This document shows, one piece after another, positions 46,509 through 55,907 of a stretch of DNA of 64,000 nucleotides. Location: contig OZ242180.1 of the NCBI GenBank assembly GCA_965205485.1, positions 4,928,001 to 4,992,000 on the forward strand, given 5' to 3'. The notes under the pieces were generated by a model. The model saw nothing but the letters and a program-made list of their open reading frames with translations, did not search any database and was not told where the DNA came from. Both the position numbers and the translations under genes were made by a program. This DNA comes from Candidatus Latescibacterota bacterium (GTDB lineage: Bacteria; Latescibacterota; UBA2968; GCA-2709665). Each line of letters starts with the position of its first letter. The stretch's first letter is position 1.

Positions 46509-48465
46509 TGTCCATTTCCCCGTAGTCGGGCACCACCAGCCCACAGTAGATGCGGCAAACGGCGTCGGCCACCTTGTCGGGGTTGTGGCTGATGAAGTCG
46601 CCGGCGCTGCGCCTCTTCACCTCGGACGTGTAGTCCTCAAGAAGATCCGTAACCGTGCAGTTCACAAGACGACGGATCGCTTCCGGATCACACGACACGG
46701 ATTCCTTTCCGTCCCGATGGTAGGCATTCAGCACCTGCCGCCACTTCAGGCCGCCCGGCCTTTGGAATGCTTCCGGATCCTGCACAAGCATTTGATCCAG
46801 AAAGCCGCTTTCCCTTTCAGGGAAGTGCCTCAGGATGGCGCGCAGGTGATCCGAAGCGCCAAATCCGTCCGTCTGGCCAGGCTGGGTCACGATGTTGCAG
46901 ATATAGAAGACCTTTCCGTGGTTGCGGGCGGACAGCGTGCGCCGGATGTCCGGAACGAGCAGATTCGTGATTACGCTCGTGAAGAGGCTACCAGGGCCGA
47001 GGACCACAATATCCGCGTCCGCGATGGCCTGCACGGCGCCGCGCGGCGCGCGGGCTTCGTTCCTGGCAGGGCGGAAGGTGCTGTCGGGTCTGGCGTAAAC
47101 CTCGACCTGACCCGTTTTCGAATCGTCTTCCCTATACAGCGCGCCGTCCGGTTGTTCCAACTCCCTGAGGATGTCGCCGTTGGCGACGAGGTACGCGTAC
47201 TTTAACGGTGATTTCCCGGTTTTGCGTACCATCCACTCTGTGTACCGCTGTTCGCCGTTTTCGAGTTCGGCGCATATGTCCACGTTCTGGTTGGTGGCGG
47301 GAAAGACCTCGCCGCGTATGCGCAGCATATCGCCGGCTGTCTGGATGGCCTTCTGAAAATCACCGAGTTGCTGGGTCAGCGCGGCGATCAGGAAGTTGCC
47401 GATGTTGTCGTTCCGGAAGATCCCGGCTTCCGGTTCGCTGTTCGGAAACCGGTGCTGAAACACCCGGATCAGCCCGGAGGAGACCCGACGTCGGTCGGCG
47501 AGCGCGGTCAACGCGTTGCGGATGTCCCCGGGCGGCTGTACACCCAGATTCCAGCGGATGCGTCCCGAGGAGGCCCCGGTGTCCGTAACCGCCACCACGG
47601 CCGCGGGGCTGTCGGTATAGGTCTGGATCCCCCGCAGTACGATTGGGAGACCGGTGCCGCCGCCCAAAGCGGCCACTTTCAGCCGGCGCCGGTCCTTGTC
47701 CATGCGGGCCAGATGAATCAGGGTGGACAGCTGCGGGAGGAGGCGGATCTGATGGGTTGGACGGTCGCCCTCGCCGGGCTCCTCCTCTGCGTATCTCCCG
47801 CGCCGCATCCAGACCGTCGTGCAACCCAGTCGGTTGCCCGCCCGAATCTCATCCTGGGCCCGGTCGCCTACACAGACAACCTCCTCCGGCGAGAGTTTGT
47901 GGGCCTTGATGAGTTCGGCGAACCAGTAGTCGTGAGAAGGCGGGCCTTCGTTGACGATCGTGTGGAAATACGGCGCGATGTTCAGAAGGTCAATCTTGTT
48001 TTTTTGCCGAAGCGCCCTTCCGAATGTCACAAGGAAGAGCAGACATCCCGCGTCGCGAAGCTCCTTCAGGGTCTGGACCGCGCCCGGAAAGAGCCTGACG
48101 TCTTCAACGGCCTCGCTGTTGTAGACGTATTCGAGCTCGGCAACAAAGGCTTCGATGGTATCGGCGTCTTCCAGGCTTCGATGACTGGGGCGCTGGGTGT
48201 TGATATAGTCGGCGAGGCGGTCGGGCTTGTCGCGCTGGAGGGCTTTCGCGATGTCGTAGAAGGCGAAATAATACGGAGACGAAGAATAATAGGGACCGTG
48301 CCGCAGTTCCAGGTCGTTGATCCGGCTGAGGGCGTAGGATTCGGAGGCAAAGAACCCATGGACGTACAAATGCCGCGCGACCCGTTTACGTGCGGCCTGA
48401 ACCAGCGGATCCAGATCGAAGAGCGTTCCGTCCAGATCGAAGATGATCGCGCGGGTATTTTTCAT
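46489..48465 (-). CDS. HAD hydrolase fused to YvcK/GlmR (CofD-like) domain
   Basis: N-terminal FDLDGTL...VGDR; C-terminal ALGGGTGL, DTGASSG, PPGDIRN, GPGSLFTS and TQPGQTDG motifs. Confidence 0.85.
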   Translation of the reverse strand: MKNTRAIIFDLDGTLFDLDPLVQAARKRVARHLYVHGFFASESYALSRINDLELRHGPYYSSSPYYFAFYDIAKALQRDKPDRLADYINTQRPSHRSLEDADTIEAFVAELEYVYNSEAVEDVRLFPGAVQTLKELRDAGCLLFLVTFGRALRQKNKIDLLNIAPYFHTIVNEGPPSHDYWFAELIKAHKLSPEEVVCVGDRAQDEIRAGNRLGCTTVWMRRGRYAEEEPGEGDRPTHQIRLLPQLSTLIHLARMDKDRRRLKVAALGGGTGLPIVLRGIQTYTDSPAAVVAVTDTGASSGRIRWNLGVQPPGDIRNALTALADRRRVSSGLIRVFQHRFPNSEPEAGIFRNDNIGNFLIAALTQQLGDFQKAIQTAGDMLRIRGEVFPATNQNVDICAELENGEQRYTEWMVRKTGKSPLKYAYLVANGDILRELEQPDGALYREDDSKTGQVEVYARPDSTFRPARNEARAPRGAVQAIADADIVVLGPGSLFTSVITNLLVPDIRRTLSARNHGKVFYICNIVTQPGQTDGFGASDHLRAILRHFPERESGFLDQMLVQDPEAFQRPGGLKWRQVLNAYHRDGKESVSCDPEAIRRLVNCTVTDLLEDYTSEVKRRSAGDFISHNPDKVADAVCRIYCGLVVPDYGEMDNGAARD

Positions 48466-48581
48466 GGATGACGTCTGGGATCGGGCGCGGTGTGCAAATG
48501 CGGAGAGACGGAGCCAACTCGATCAATACCGGCAATGCAGGCACACGCGGCAGATCGCGTTGAGAGGGAGAATGTATCGCC

Positions 48582-49415
48582 ATGAAGCTGCTTTTGCAAG
48601 CCATTTCTCGCTATTTCAGCGGCATGGACGTGAACCGGGACGCTTTCCTACATCTCATTCAATCCGCAAGCGAATCCGTTAAGGCCTTCGTATACCCTCC
48701 GCACTGTCTGCTATGCAGAACGCCGTTGGACGAATCAGATGGGCTTTGCCCGGGGTGCTGGGAATCCCTGGGCATTATCAGCGGTCCGCGGTGCGGCCGC
48801 TGCGGGTGTCCCGGGCTTTCCCGACCCTGTACGAATTGCGCCGACAAGGATTATGTTTTCTCCCGGTTGTTTGCGCTCACGGCGTTCAGCCGTTCGGTGC
48901 AGCGCTTGGTCCACATGATGAAATACCAGGGTCAGACCGCTGTCGGCCAGACCCTCGGCCGGGCGTTGGGTCGGATGTTGGAAGGGGAATCCCTGGCGGA
49001 ACCCAGGCCCGCGGTGGTGCCGGTGCCGCTTCACGGAAGCAGGTTGCGGGAACGCGGCTACAACCAGAGCTCATTGATTGCGCGGTCGCTGGCGCGGGAG
49101 CTGGAACTGTCCGTTGAGGACCGCGCGCTGAGGCGGGTACGCGCCACCGAAACACAGACGAATCTTGACTCCGCAAAGCGCGGCGCTAACATGCAGGGCG
49201 CCTTTGTCGTGCGCCGAAGGGACCTGGTCAGCCAACGCCGGGTCCTGCTGGTGGACGACGTGGTCACCACCGGCGCCACGGCCAATGCCTGCGCCGCGGC
49301 GCTGCTGGAGGCAGGCGCGTCCGAAGTCGACGTCGCGGCCTTTGCGTGTCCCTATTTCGACGCCGAAGAACCCGATGACAAGGTGGTCGCCGCGGGCACT
49401 GATCTTTTTATCTAA
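48582..49415 (+). CDS. comF: ComF family protein (double zinc ribbon plus PRTase)
   Basis: CxxC clusters, VPVPLH..R..ERGYNQ and LLVDDVVTTGAT motifs. Confidence 0.88.
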   Translation: MKLLLQAISRYFSGMDVNRDAFLHLIQSASESVKAFVYPPHCLLCRTPLDESDGLCPGCWESLGIISGPRCGRCGCPGLSRPCTNCADKDYVFSRLFALTAFSRSVQRLVHMMKYQGQTAVGQTLGRALGRMLEGESLAEPRPAVVPVPLHGSRLRERGYNQSSLIARSLARELELSVEDRALRRVRATETQTNLDSAKRGANMQGAFVVRRRDLVSQRRVLLVDDVVTTGATANACAAALLEAGASEVDVAAFACPYFDAEEPDDKVVAAGTDLFI

Positions 49416-49583
49416 CGCATTGATTCCAAACGCTTTGAGAAAAAAACAACTTGACACAAGGCAAGGCATGTCTTAAATTCACTGGTTCCAAACGAGTAGA
49501 ATCGCGGACAGGATACCGTGCAAACGGACCTTGTCCGCGTGACAGGTTATGGGGTTCAACCGGACGATGTACGGAGCGCTCCA

Positions 49584-50621
49584 ATGGCGTGCAGGCGCGT
49601 AGGGATTTTAACGGGCGGAGGCGATTGTCCCGGTCTGAACGCGGTAATCCGCGCGGTCACTCGGAAAGGGATCGACGCCTACGGATACGATATCGTAGGT
49701 GTGATGATGGGCTGGAGGGGGATGCTCGAGGCGGTTTCGATGCCGCTGGACCTGAATGCGGTCTCCGGTATTCTGCCCAGAGGAGGAACGATCCTGGGCA
49801 CCTCAAGGACCAACCCGTATAACGAGCCAAACGGCGGCGACATTGTCAAACAGAACATGGTCAGGATGGGTCTGGATGCGCTGATTGCCGTTGGCGGAGA
49901 CGACACGGTCGGTGTGGCCAGCAGGCTGTACGAAGACGGTGTGAACGTCATCGGCGTGCCGAAGACCATCGACAACGACCTGGATGGTACGGACCAGACC
50001 TTCGGTTTCGATACGGCAATCAATACGGTCACCGACGCCATCGACAGGCTGCATACCACGGCCGAGTCACACAACCGGGTAATGGTGGTTGAGGTGATGG
50101 GGCGTCATGCCGGATGGATCGCCGTGGAGGCGGGCATTGCGGGCGGCGCCGATATGGTTCTGATTCCCGAGCAGCCGGTCGACCTGGAAATGGTCTGTAC
50201 TTCCATCCAGAAACGCCACGACCGGGGCAAGACCTTCAGTATCGTGGTGGTGGCCGAGGGCGCAAGGCTTTCCGACGAATCCCTGGTACTCCAGTCCGAG
50301 GAACGCGATGCCTTCGGTCACGTGCGCCTTGGCGGGATTGGCATCGTACTCGGGGAAGAAATTGAAAGACGGACAGGTTTCGAAACCCGGGTGACCGTGC
50401 TGGGTCATATCCAGCGCGGTGGAAACCCGACTGCGTTCGATCGAGTCCTCGGCACCCGCTTCGGCATTGCCGCCATCGATCTCGTCCACACCGGCGATTT
50501 CGGAAATATGGTGGCGCTGCGCGGCACCGATATCGTGTCTGTGCCGCTGAAGGACGCGGTATCCAAGCTGCGTACGGTGGACAAGAACCTGTACGAAATC
50601 GCCAGGGTCTTTTTCGGCTGA
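49584..50621 (+). CDS. pfkA: 6-phosphofructokinase (group III, GGDD/PKTIDND)
   Basis: TGGGDCPGLN, GGDDT, PKTIDND, EVMGR and LGHIQRGG motifs. Confidence 0.92.
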   Translation: MACRRVGILTGGGDCPGLNAVIRAVTRKGIDAYGYDIVGVMMGWRGMLEAVSMPLDLNAVSGILPRGGTILGTSRTNPYNEPNGGDIVKQNMVRMGLDALIAVGGDDTVGVASRLYEDGVNVIGVPKTIDNDLDGTDQTFGFDTAINTVTDAIDRLHTTAESHNRVMVVEVMGRHAGWIAVEAGIAGGADMVLIPEQPVDLEMVCTSIQKRHDRGKTFSIVVVAEGARLSDESLVLQSEERDAFGHVRLGGIGIVLGEEIERRTGFETRVTVLGHIQRGGNPTAFDRVLGTRFGIAAIDLVHTGDFGNMVALRGTDIVSVPLKDAVSKLRTVDKNLYEIARVFFG

Positions 50622-50734
50622 CCTCGAACTTCCGCGCGCGCTGATCCATCAACTGACCGTCAAATCATCATACCGGCTCGAATACCACCGGCGGCAATCG
50701 GCCGCGCGGTTCGTGTGACCTGGAGGTAGACAAG

Positions 50735-51742
50735 ATGGCGATCAATGTGGCCATTAACGGATTCGGACGTATCGGCCGGCTCGTGTTCCGTGCGGCGATG
50801 CGCAGACCCGGCATCGACGTCGTGGCGGTGAACGATCTGACCGACGCGGGGACGCTGGGACACCTGCTGAAATACGACTCGACGCACGGGAGATATCCCG
50901 GCAATGTTGAAATCAGGGAGAAATCGCTTGACGTGGACGGCAGCGAGGTCATCGTACTGGCCGAGCGCGACCCGGTGATGTTGCCATGGCGAACGCTCGG
51001 CGTGGACGTGGTCATCGAGTCAACGGGGTTCTTCACGGACAAGGACAGCGCCGGCAAGCACCTCAAAGCAGGCGCCGGCCGTGTGATTATCTCGGCCCCG
51101 GCCAGGGGCGACGTGCCGACTGTGGTGATGGGAATCAACCATGAAACGTTGACCGAACAGGACAGGGTGATTTCCAATGCATCCTGCACCACGAACTGCC
51201 TGGCCCCGATGGTAAGCGTACTGCATCAGTCATTCGGCGTAGAGAAGGGATTGATGACGACCATCCACGCCTATACCGGCGACCAGCGCATGATCGACGC
51301 GCCGCACACGGACTTGCGCAGGGCGAGGTCCGCGGCCCTGTCCATGATCCCGACGACAACCGGGGCTGCCAGCGCCGTGGGCAAAGTAATCCCCGAGTTG
51401 AACGGGAACCTGGACGGGATGGCCGTGCGGGTCCCAACGCCCGACGGCTCCTACACGGATTTCGTTGCGACGCTCAGGAACCCGGCGACAGCGGAGTCTG
51501 TCAACGAAGCGTTCAGGGCGGCTTCCGAGGGTCGGCTGAACGGCATTCTGGAGTTTTCGGACGAACCCCTGGTCTCGGCGGACATCATCGGCAATCCCCA
51601 TTCCTGCGTTTTCGATTCGGAAATGACAACGGTCATGGGCGGGAATATGGTAAAGGTGTGCGGCTGGTACGATAACGAGTGGGGGTATTCCTGCCGGTGC
51701 GTGGACCTCGTGGAGTCGCTAGGTACACGCTGGGTGGACTGA
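50735..51742 (+). CDS. gap: Glyceraldehyde-3-phosphate dehydrogenase, type I
   Basis: INGFGRIGR, SNASCTTNC and WYDNEWGY motifs. Confidence 0.97.
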   Translation: MAINVAINGFGRIGRLVFRAAMRRPGIDVVAVNDLTDAGTLGHLLKYDSTHGRYPGNVEIREKSLDVDGSEVIVLAERDPVMLPWRTLGVDVVIESTGFFTDKDSAGKHLKAGAGRVIISAPARGDVPTVVMGINHETLTEQDRVISNASCTTNCLAPMVSVLHQSFGVEKGLMTTIHAYTGDQRMIDAPHTDLRRARSAALSMIPTTTGAASAVGKVIPELNGNLDGMAVRVPTPDGSYTDFVATLRNPATAESVNEAFRAASEGRLNGILEFSDEPLVSADIIGNPHSCVFDSEMTTVMGGNMVKVCGWYDNEWGYSCRCVDLVESLGTRWVD

Positions 51743-51922
51743 TAACCTCGGGAACAACCCGGCCGGCCGGAGTGCTGTCCAGCGCACCCGGGAGTTGACC
51801 AGATACGGATTCAGGAAGACCGCTTTCGGACAAACGTACCGAAAGCTCGCAAGCGGGAGCCGGACCCCGCGGGATGCCCGCGCGGGCCGGCTCCCTGTCT
51901 TATAACCGACAGGATAGATACC

Positions 51923-53116
51923 ATCGCGAAACTCTCGATTGTGGACCTGGATCTATCGGGTCGACGGGTGCTGGTGCGGGTGGACTTCAACGTGCCGCTC
52001 AAGGACGGCGAGGTCGGCGACGACACTCGGATTCGGTCCGCCGTGCCTACGCTACAGTATATCCTGGAGCGTGGTGGCGTTCCCATCCTGATGTCGCACC
52101 TGGGCAGGCCGAAGGGACGGGTCGTTCCCGAACTGTCGCTAAAGCCCGCTGCCGTACGTCTCGGCGAACTGATGGGTCGGGAGGTCGTCATGGCGCCGGA
52201 TTGCGTGGGCCCTGAAGTGGAGTCGATCGCAAAACGCGCGACGGGCGTGGTGCTGCTGGAAAATTTAAGGTTTCACGCGGCGGAAGAGGCAAACGATCCC
52301 GAATTCGCCCGCCGGCTCTGTGAACTGGGTTCAGCCTACGTCAACGACGCATTCGGGACGGCCCACCGGGCGCATGCATCCACGGAAGGCGTCACCCACC
52401 ACTTCGTCGACTGCGCGGCCGGGTTCCTGATGCAGCGGGAACTGGAGTGTCTTGAAAGCGCGTTGTCGGAGCCCGACAGGCCGTTTGTTGCCGTACTGGG
52501 CGGTGCCAAGATTTCGGGCAAGATTGACGTCATCCAGCATCTGCTGACCCTCGTCGATACGCTCCTGATCGGCGGCGGCATGGCGTACACCTTCTACAAA
52601 GCGATGGGATTGGAGATCGGACGGTCGCTGCTCGAGGCGGACCGCGTGGGGATGGCGGAAGTCCTGCTGCAGCGCGCCGCCGACGCAGAGGTCCGTTTAC
52701 TGCTGCCCACCGATTGCGTGGTTGCCCCCGAGTCCCGCGACGACGCGGCGACAAGGGTCGTACCGCGTGACGAGATTCCTTCGGACCTGGAAGGGTTCGA
52801 TATCGGGCCCGAGACGCGGTCCGTCTTTTCGAATGAGATCCTCAATGCGGGATCCGTGGTTTGGAACGGGCCGATGGGGGTTTCGGAAGTCCCTGCGTTT
52901 GCCGCGGGAACCAGGGCGGTGGCTTACGCGGTCGCAAAGGCTTCGTCACAAGGCGCCAATACACTGGCCGGCGGCGGGGAAACGGTCGCGGCCCTGACGG
53001 CATGCGGTCTTGCAGACAGGCTGGGGCATGTTTCCACGGGCGGCGGGGCATTCCTGGAATTCCTGGAAGGCAGACTGCTTCCGGGAGTGGCCGCGCTGGC
53101 CGACCGTCAGACGTGA
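51923..53116 (+). CDS. pgk: Phosphoglycerate kinase (start uncertain: ATC 51923 or GTG 51941)
   Basis: [27 protein letters not shown] and VSTGGGA motifs. Confidence 0.95.
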   Translation: MAKLSIVDLDLSGRRVLVRVDFNVPLKDGEVGDDTRIRSAVPTLQYILERGGVPILMSHLGRPKGRVVPELSLKPAAVRLGELMGREVVMAPDCVGPEVESIAKRATGVVLLENLRFHAAEEANDPEFARRLCELGSAYVNDAFGTAHRAHASTEGVTHHFVDCAAGFLMQRELECLESALSEPDRPFVAVLGGAKISGKIDVIQHLLTLVDTLLIGGGMAYTFYKAMGLEIGRSLLEADRVGMAEVLLQRAADAEVRLLLPTDCVVAPESRDDAATRVVPRDEIPSDLEGFDIGPETRSVFSNEILNAGSVVWNGPMGVSEVPAFAAGTRAVAYAVAKASSQGANTLAGGGETVAALTACGLADRLGHVSTGGGAFLEFLEGRLLPGVAALADRQT

Positions 53117-53156
53117 ACCACGCGGTCCGATACGACTATTCGGTGGGGAGGTGGCA

Positions 53157-53924
53157 ATGCGCGTGCCCATTGTGGCAGGAAACTGGAAGATGCACATGTC
53201 GTTGGGCGAGGCGGAGCAGCTTGCGCGCGGGATCGTGGGTTCATTGGACGGCGCGGCAGGGGTTGAAATCGTGGTGTGTCCCTCTTTTACGGTTCTGGAC
53301 CGGGTCCGTAACGTGCTGGGGGACTGTTCAGTAAAGTTAGGTGCGCAGAATCTGCACTGGGCGGATGAAGGGGCGTTTACAGGGGAGGTTTCCGCGGGGA
53401 TGCTGTTGACATGCGGATGTGAGTACGTTATATTAGGACACTCTGAACGACGCACCTGGTTCGGCGAGACGGATACAACTGTAAATCAGCGGCTTAGGGC
53501 TGCGTTGAGCGCCGCGCTGAAGCCCATTGTCTGCGTGGGTGAGACGCTTGATGAGCGTCAATCGGGGGCAACCGAACGGGTGGTGCGGCGGCAGGTCACG
53601 GCGGGGTTCGCCAATGTGTCGGCAACGGAGGCGGCCGGCTGTGTGGTCGCGTATGAACCCGTGTGGGCCATTGGCACCGGTATGACGGCTACGCCCTTAC
53701 AGGCCGAATCCGTTCATACGTCCATCCGCCAGGTCTTGCGGGAACTTTACAACGACAACGTCGCGCGGGACGTGCGAATCCAATACGGGGGATCCGTAAA
53801 GCCCGATAATGCCGCCGAACTGTTCATCAGGCCCGATATAGACGGCGGACTGATCGGCGGGGCTTCGCTCGAGCCCGATTCGTTCGCGGCCATCGTGAAA
53901 GCGGCACTTCAGCCTGAAATTTGA
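53157..53924 (+). CDS. tpiA: Triosephosphate isomerase
   Basis: AGNWKM, GHSERR, AYEPVWAIG and YGGSV motifs. Confidence 0.97.
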   Translation: MRVPIVAGNWKMHMSLGEAEQLARGIVGSLDGAAGVEIVVCPSFTVLDRVRNVLGDCSVKLGAQNLHWADEGAFTGEVSAGMLLTCGCEYVILGHSERRTWFGETDTTVNQRLRAALSAALKPIVCVGETLDERQSGATERVVRRQVTAGFANVSATEAAGCVVAYEPVWAIGTGMTATPLQAESVHTSIRQVLRELYNDNVARDVRIQYGGSVKPDNAAELFIRPDIDGGLIGGASLEPDSFAAIVKAALQPEI

Positions 53925-53936
53925 GCGGGAATCAAC

Positions 53937-54332
53937 ATGACAACCCTTCTTCTGATCGTACATGTTCTGGTTTGCCTGGTTCTGATCGTAACCATCCTGC
54001 TGCAGGCCAGCAAAGGGGGCGGGCTCTCCACCGCTTTTGGCGGCGGCGGCGGTGGCAGCGCGATGTTCGGCGGGGCCGGTGCAGCGACGTTTCTGAGCAA
54101 GACGACGACCGTTCTGGCGGTTGTGTTTTTTCTCACCTGCATCAGCCTGTGGTACGCTTCCAGGGACACGGGTACGGCTCCCGAAACCGCCGCGGAACGA
54201 GCCCTCAGGGAACAGCCGGTGCCGCTTCAGAGTGCGCCGTCCGGACTGCCTCAGCCGCTGGACCAGGCCAGACCGGGCACGGCTACCGAACGCGCCGCGC
54301 CTGCAACGTCGCCGGCCGATTCGGTGCGATAG
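53937..54332 (+). CDS. secG: Preprotein translocase subunit SecG
   Basis: ILLQASKGGGLSTAFGG, two TM helices, downstream of tpiA. Confidence 0.92.
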   Translation: MTTLLLIVHVLVCLVLIVTILLQASKGGGLSTAFGGGGGGSAMFGGAGAATFLSKTTTVLAVVFFLTCISLWYASRDTGTAPETAAERALREQPVPLQSAPSGLPQPLDQARPGTATERAAPATSPADSVR

Positions 54333-54440
54333 TGCTTCCATCCGACCCGGGAGACCGTACGAATCGAATGAGTACCGGTGTCGGCCGCTCGGCTTGACTC
54401 GGTTTACACAATCGGTCCGGCAGAGGGTCGGATCTTCTTT

Positions 54441-54527
54441 GCCGAAGTGGTGGAAATGGTAGACACGCTGTGTTGAGGGCGCAGTGGGCGCATGCCCGTC
54501 CGAGTTCGAGTCTCGGCTTCGGCACCA
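54441..54527 (+). tRNA. tRNA-Leu(GAG)
   Basis: Cloverleaf with anticodon loop TTGAGGG, long variable arm, GTTCGAGTC, CCA; classic secG-tRNA-Leu synteny. Confidence 0.96.
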
Positions 54528-54534
54528 AAAAAAC

Positions 54535-54567
54535 AAAGGGTTACGTCAATTCGACGTAACCCTTTTT
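54535..54567 (+). terminator. Intrinsic terminator after tRNA-Leu(GAG)
   Basis: AAAGGGTTACGTC-AATTC-GACGTAACCCTTTTT. Confidence 0.8.
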
Positions 54568-54585
54568 CGTTGCCGCCTCCCCTAT

Positions 54586-54745
54586 CAGTCCGTTGAGAAA
54601 GTCGCTCTGCAGGCGAGGCCGTGTCATTGTGGTCGAAGACAAGGCGCGCGACCGAGTCCCATCCATCGATTCGGCGAGGGAGCACAACGCAGTATTTCGA
54701 CCGCAAGGGCCGGCCGTAGCCCGGATGGGCTTTTTCAACGGGCTG
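54586..54745 (-). mobile_element. 160-bp MITE-like element, copy 2 (inverted)
   Basis: Reverse complement aligns end to end with 36403-36562, with scattered substitutions. Confidence 0.85.
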
Positions 54746-54751
54746 CTATGC

Positions 54752-55885
54752 CTACCAGTTGGTGAACGATCCGTCTTGCCGCTGCAGCCTGGGGCCGTGT
54801 CCCCACCGGAACGGATACTTCGCCGCCGCGGCCTCGTCGAATTCAACCCCCAGCCCGGGGCGGTCCGGCGCAATGAGGTAACCTGCATCGTAAGGTACCT
54901 GTACCGGAAACAGGTCTTCCATGACAGTGCGCCCGACCAGACCGCCCTCCTGTACGGCGAAGTTGTCCGTGGCAACGTCCAGGTGAAGACAGGCGGCGGC
55001 CGAAACAGGCCCGAGCGGATTGTGCGGAACGATCTTGATGTAGTGGGTCTCGGCCCAGTTGGCCACTTTGCGCGCCTCCGTGAGACCGCCGACAATACAG
55101 AGGTCGATCCGCGCGTAGTCCGCCAGTTCTTCTTCGATGAGCTGGCGGAATTCCCACTTGGTGGCATAGTGTTCGCCAACCGCAAGCGGGCAGTTGACGT
55201 GGCTGCGGACCAGCCGATACGTCTGCGGGTTTTCGCATCGGAGTGGATCTTCGATGAAAAACGGATCGTACGGCTCGAGTTTGCGGCCGAGCCGTATGGT
55301 GTCGGGCGGGTCCAGACGGGTGTGAACGTCGATGCAGATTTCGACTTCGGGTCCGACGGCTTCGCGCGCCGCGGCGAAATGCGCAACGGAGTCTCGTACG
55401 GCCGAGGAGGGCTCGAGGACGCCGTCCCGATCGAGAACGGACATTCGGAGGTATTTCCACCCTTCGGAGACCCGGTCTTTCGCCGATCGGGCCGTCTCTT
55501 CAGGCGTCCCGCCGCCGATGCCCGTGTAACAGACCACGCGGTCACGAAGCCGGCCGCCCAGCAGCATGTAGACCGGCTGGTCCAGGGCCTTGCCCTTGAT
55601 GTCCCACAGGGCGATATCGATCGCGCTGATTGCGGCCATGTGAATGCGCCCGCCTGGGAAGAAGTCGCCCCTGAAGAGGATCTGCCAGATGTATTCTATG
55701 TTGAGCGGGTCCTGACCGACGAGATCCGATGCCATGTGGCGTATCGCGCCGACGCCGGCCTGCTCCTTCCACGTGATCCCGAATTCACCGACGCCGTAGA
55801 TGCCCTCGTCGGTTTCAATCTTGACAAAGAGGTAGTTCCTGGAACCATAGAAGACGGGAAACGTCTTGACGTCTGTTATTTTCAT
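54752..55885 (-). CDS. Mandelate racemase/muconate lactonising enzyme family (galactonate dehydratase-like)
   Basis: KIETDEG, SAIDIALWDIKGK, FIEDP, GE and PHNPLGP motifs. Confidence 0.88.
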   Translation of the reverse strand: MKITDVKTFPVFYGSRNYLFVKIETDEGIYGVGEFGITWKEQAGVGAIRHMASDLVGQDPLNIEYIWQILFRGDFFPGGRIHMAAISAIDIALWDIKGKALDQPVYMLLGGRLRDRVVCYTGIGGGTPEETARSAKDRVSEGWKYLRMSVLDRDGVLEPSSAVRDSVAHFAAAREAVGPEVEICIDVHTRLDPPDTIRLGRKLEPYDPFFIEDPLRCENPQTYRLVRSHVNCPLAVGEHYATKWEFRQLIEEELADYARIDLCIVGGLTEARKVANWAETHYIKIVPHNPLGPVSAAACLHLDVATDNFAVQEGGLVGRTVMEDLFPVQVPYDAGYLIAPDRPGLGVEFDEAAAAKYPFRWGHGPRLQRQDGSFTNW

Positions 55886-55907
55886 CTCGCCTCGCTTTCT
55901 CGCGAAC

